From positions 16,595 through 80,594 of the forward strand of contig CAZNMD010000002.1 of assembly GCA_964574355.1 (NCBI GenBank): DNA of 64,000 nucleotides, in the 5' to 3' direction. The stretch's first letter is position 1. Every line of letters begins with the position of its first letter. Below, piece by piece: positions 60,886 through 64,000 of the stretch. Made by a program: the position numbers and the translations under genes. Origin of the DNA: an uncultured Candidatus Saccharibacteria bacterium. Lineage in GTDB: Bacteria > Patescibacteriota > Minisyncoccia > Phycocordibacterales > DSPV01. Under the pieces are notes generated by a model, which saw nothing but the letters and a program-made list of their open reading frames with translations, was not told where the DNA came from and made no database searches.

Positions 60886-61659
60886 ATGATGAAAATTACC
60901 TCATGGTCCCATTATATTTCTTTAGTTCAAGCTTTTGCTTGGGCTGATTTTAAATTGAGATTCCATGGGTCAACGTTTGGAATTTTGTGGTCAGTTATTA
61001 AACCCCTCATTGTTTTTGGTGTTATCTATACAGTTTTTGTTTTTTTTATCACGGTTAAAACTCCCCACTATGCAACTTCGTTGTTGTTAGCAGTAATTTT
61101 GTGGAATTTTTTTGCTGAAGCAACAACGTTTTCCATTGTGAGTATCGAAGAAAAATCTCCGTTACTTAAAAAGATTTTTTTTCCACGTACGATTGTTGTT
61201 GTTTCTGCCATGATGACTGCTTTTATTTCACTCTTTTTTAATACAATTGTATTTTTTGTTCTTATTTGTTTTTCTGATATTCAGGTGACGTGGTATGCAT
61301 TTATGCTTGTTGCATATTTGTTTCCGTATGCATTATTTACGCTTGGTTTTGGATTTACTCTCTCTGCACTTTTTGCGAAGTTTAAAGATGTTCGCATGAT
61401 TTGGGAAATGTTTCTCCAGCTTGGGCCATGGATTACTCCGATTGTGTACACTGTCTCGGCTATACCATCGCAGTATCAAAGTATTGTTTTACTTAATCCT
61501 ATTGCTCGTGTTATCGAATATTCTCGGTCAGCTTTTATTTTTGGTAGAGTTGATGATCTACAAGGAATAGGTGTTTTGTATCTTGTGTCGTTTGCAGTAT
61601 TTGCTTGCGGGTATTACATATTCAGTATTCGTCAAATAAAATTTGCAGAAGAATTATAA
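60886..61659 (+). CDS. wzm: Polysaccharide ABC exporter permease (Wzm-like)
   Basis: DFKLRF.GS..GILW, TPIVY and LNP. Confidence 0.88.
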   Translation: MMKITSWSHYISLVQAFAWADFKLRFHGSTFGILWSVIKPLIVFGVIYTVFVFFITVKTPHYATSLLLAVILWNFFAEATTFSIVSIEEKSPLLKKIFFPRTIVVVSAMMTAFISLFFNTIVFFVLICFSDIQVTWYAFMLVAYLFPYALFTLGFGFTLSALFAKFKDVRMIWEMFLQLGPWITPIVYTVSAIPSQYQSIVLLNPIARVIEYSRSAFIFGRVDDLQGIGVLYLVSFAVFACGYYIFSIRQIKFAEEL

Positions 61660-61664
61660 TTTGT

Positions 61665-62396
61665 ATGTCAAACATCATTGAACTTGTGAATGTGACAAAA
61701 AATTTTCGACTACAACCAGAGAGTCGGAGTTTAAAGGAGTTGGTAATGAAACCTTTTCGGCATATTAGTAACGAATTGGTTTGTGTCGCTGATGATATTA
61801 CTTTATCTGTGGCTGAGGGCGATTTTCTTGGAGTTATTGGACTAAATGGGGCAGGCAAATCAACACTCCTTAAGCTTATTTCTGGTGTTTTCTATCCTGA
61901 TCGCGGGACAATTCATGTTACGGGAAGTATCTCACCTTTTATTGAGCTTGGGGTTGGGTTTCAGCCTGAGCTTTCTGGACGAGATAATGTCTTTTTGTAT
62001 GGTGCCATATTGGGTCTTACACGTAAGCAAATAAAAGATCGGTATGATGCCATTGTCTCTTTTGCTGAGCTTGAAAAGTTCATGCATCAAAAAGTAAGAA
62101 ATTATTCAACTGGTATGCAAATGAGGCTCGGTTTTTCTATCACGTCGCATGTTGATGCCGATATATTTCTTGTTGATGAGGCTCTTGCGGTCGGCGATGA
62201 ATTTTTTCAGAAAAAATGTCTTTCGTACATGGATTCTCTTGTTCAACGCAAAAAAACAATTATCTTTGTTTCTCACGATTTACCGACAGTTGAAAAGCGT
62301 TGCAATAGATTAGCTGTACTTGAGCGTGGTAGGCTGGTCGCAGTGGGAGCACCCTCTGATGTGATAAAGTATCACATGCCTAAAAAGGTAACTTAA
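61665..62396 (+). CDS. wzt: Polysaccharide ABC exporter ATPase (Wzt-like)
   Basis: GLNGAGKST, YSTGMQMRL and DEALAVGD. Confidence 0.9.
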   Translation: MSNIIELVNVTKNFRLQPESRSLKELVMKPFRHISNELVCVADDITLSVAEGDFLGVIGLNGAGKSTLLKLISGVFYPDRGTIHVTGSISPFIELGVGFQPELSGRDNVFLYGAILGLTRKQIKDRYDAIVSFAELEKFMHQKVRNYSTGMQMRLGFSITSHVDADIFLVDEALAVGDEFFQKKCLSYMDSLVQRKKTIIFVSHDLPTVEKRCNRLAVLERGRLVAVGAPSDVIKYHMPKKVT

Positions 62397-62415
62397 CTAT
62401 TCAATTGCATTTACT

Positions 62416-63144
62416 ATGACAGGCTTTTTAAGCAATAAAATAATGTTTGTGCGAAAGGCGTTACGTAAGGCAACTTACGGCCAGTCATTTTTAAGTGGTC
62501 TTATTTCCAAGTTCTTTCATCGGTTCTATTACTATTCTGGAGAGGAAGGTCAAACATGGAAGAAGACGACGTGGTTTGGGGTTCCTGCTCAAAAATGCCC
62601 ATTTGATATGTGGGTGTATCAAGAAATTCTTTTTGAAACGAAACCAGATTTTATTATCGAAACAGGAACCGCTGATGGAGGCAGTGCTCTTTTTTTGGGT
62701 TCAATTTGTGATTTGCTTCAAACTGGTCACATTGTTTCGATTGATATTGAAAAAAAGAATCGACCAAAACATCCTCGTGTAACGTATATAACAGGTTCTT
62801 CTTCTTCGGCCGAAGTAGTAAATAAAGTTAAAGAATTAATTCGAGAAAAAAAACGGGTTATGGTTATTTTGGATTCTGATCATAGTAAAGACCATGTTGC
62901 CCGAGAGCTTAAAATATACAGTTCTTTTGTTTCGGTCGGACAGTATCTTATTGTTGAAGATACAAACGTGAATAATAATCCAGTATTGCCAGAATTTGGT
63001 CCTGGACCAAAAGAGGCTATAGATGATTTTTTGAAGAACAATCAATTCTTTGTTGTTGATAAAAGTCGGGAGAAATTCTATGTAACGTTTAATCCGGGTG
63101 GTTATTTAAGGCGCATAGAGGGGGGGGTTCTCGGCTCTAATTAG
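62416..63144 (+). CDS. CmcI-family (rhamnosyl O-)methyltransferase
   Basis: KCPFDMWVYQE, IETGTADGGS, LDSDH and EDT. Confidence 0.88.
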   Translation: MTGFLSNKIMFVRKALRKATYGQSFLSGLISKFFHRFYYYSGEEGQTWKKTTWFGVPAQKCPFDMWVYQEILFETKPDFIIETGTADGGSALFLGSICDLLQTGHIVSIDIEKKNRPKHPRVTYITGSSSSAEVVNKVKELIREKKRVMVILDSDHSKDHVARELKIYSSFVSVGQYLIVEDTNVNNNPVLPEFGPGPKEAIDDFLKNNQFFVVDKSREKFYVTFNPGGYLRRIEGGVLGSN

Positions 63145-63157
63145 TTTGATTTTGATT

Positions 63158-64000
63158 ATGGTACAGAGTACTAAATACGAATCACATCATGCAACGGCTC
63201 GTGATCCTGGATCAAGTTTGCAAAAGATTTTTAATTTGATTCCAGCAGAAAGTAAGGTTCTTGACGTTGGTTGTAGTAGTGGTTATTTGGCAGAGGGCTT
63301 AATAAAAGAGAAACAATGTCGAGTGACAGGGATTGAATTTAATTCCAAAGATGCGCAAAAAGCTGAAGCGTTTTGCGAAAAAGTTATTTGTTGCGATGTT
63401 GAACGTGATATCTGGGAACAGCAAGTTGATGAGCATTCTTTTGATGTTGTTGTTTTTGCAGATGTGTTAGAGCATCTTCATGATCCGGTAGGTGTTTTGC
63501 GTCGAACGAAGAGTATTCTTAAAGATAAGGGGTATATTGTGATCTCTGTTCCAAATATTTCTCATGTCTCGGCTCGTTTAAAATTGTTGATGGGAGAGTT
63601 TCCTGTTGAAAAATACGGGCTATTTGATAGTACTCATTTGCATTTTTATACTCGATCAACACTCATAGATATGGTTAGTGAAGCTGGTTTTTATGTGGAA
63701 CAGATAGAGCCTACGTATAAGATTTTGCCAGATTCAACAGTAAATAAGATCCTGCAGCTTTCAGGGTTAACATATTCACCGTTGGTGAAAAAATGGTTTG
63801 AACAAACGGATGGTTTTGCGTATCAATTTATTGTGAAAGCATCTTTGTCTCCAGGTAAAAATACAACTAAATCATTTTCTTTTAAGAATGCTAAAGAGGA
63901 GATTGATTTACTTAACTATCAAATGGATAAAATCTATCGGTCATTTCCGTGGCGTATACTTGTGTTTTTTTATTGGTTGAAGCAAAAGATATTTCGTTCG
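63158..64000 (+). CDS. SAM-dependent methyltransferase (glycan modification), runs off window end
   Basis: Reading frame from ATG 63158: VLDVGCSSG, FADVLEHL and SVPNI. Confidence 0.85.
   Translation, partial: MVQSTKYESHHATARDPGSSLQKIFNLIPAESKVLDVGCSSGYLAEGLIKEKQCRVTGIEFNSKDAQKAEAFCEKVICCDVERDIWEQQVDEHSFDVVVFADVLEHLHDPVGVLRRTKSILKDKGYIVISVPNISHVSARLKLLMGEFPVEKYGLFDSTHLHFYTRSTLIDMVSEAGFYVEQIEPTYKILPDSTVNKILQLSGLTYSPLVKKWFEQTDGFAYQFIVKASLSPGKNTTKSFSFKNAKEEIDLLNYQMDKIYRSFPWRILVFFYWLKQKIFRS

Overview
A gene-dense window of a small-genome bacterium using genetic code 11. Gene content (type IV pilus operon with no visible secretin, stand-alone VirD4/TraG-like ATPase, shortened RF2, many leaderless genes) points to Patescibacteria/CPR, probably Parcubacteria; this assignment is inference. 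Housekeeping genes: map (partial), ndk, infC-rpmI-rplT, smpB-ssrA, ftsH, recG, pyrH, mltG, comF, pilM-N-O-B-T-C with pilins and pilD, ligA, gatCA, uppS, prfB, ftsEX, pyrG, wzm/wzt and methyltransferases. RNA features: 6S RNA, tmRNA, seven tRNAs (including a rare Ile-UAU) and a cobalamin riboswitch. Accessory loci: small ORFan cassettes, a LexA/UmuD plus Y-family polymerase cassette with an SOS box, a stand-alone UG/Abi-like reverse transcriptase next to tmRNA, and a DpnII-type R-M operon carrying a GmrSD-like gene next to tRNA-Ser. The most striking unexplained signal is a ~200-bp element found three times, at the 3' ends of tmRNA, tRNA-Ser and tRNA-fMet. Each copy carries an inverted copy of its host RNA's 3' end, interrupted by an exactly 25-nt covarying hairpin (ACGC-N7-GCAG-N7'-GCT), plus a distal direct repeat. 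Two of the three copies border putative defence cargo. A membrane protein joining six SH3b-like repeats to a HEPN-like domain is also notable.
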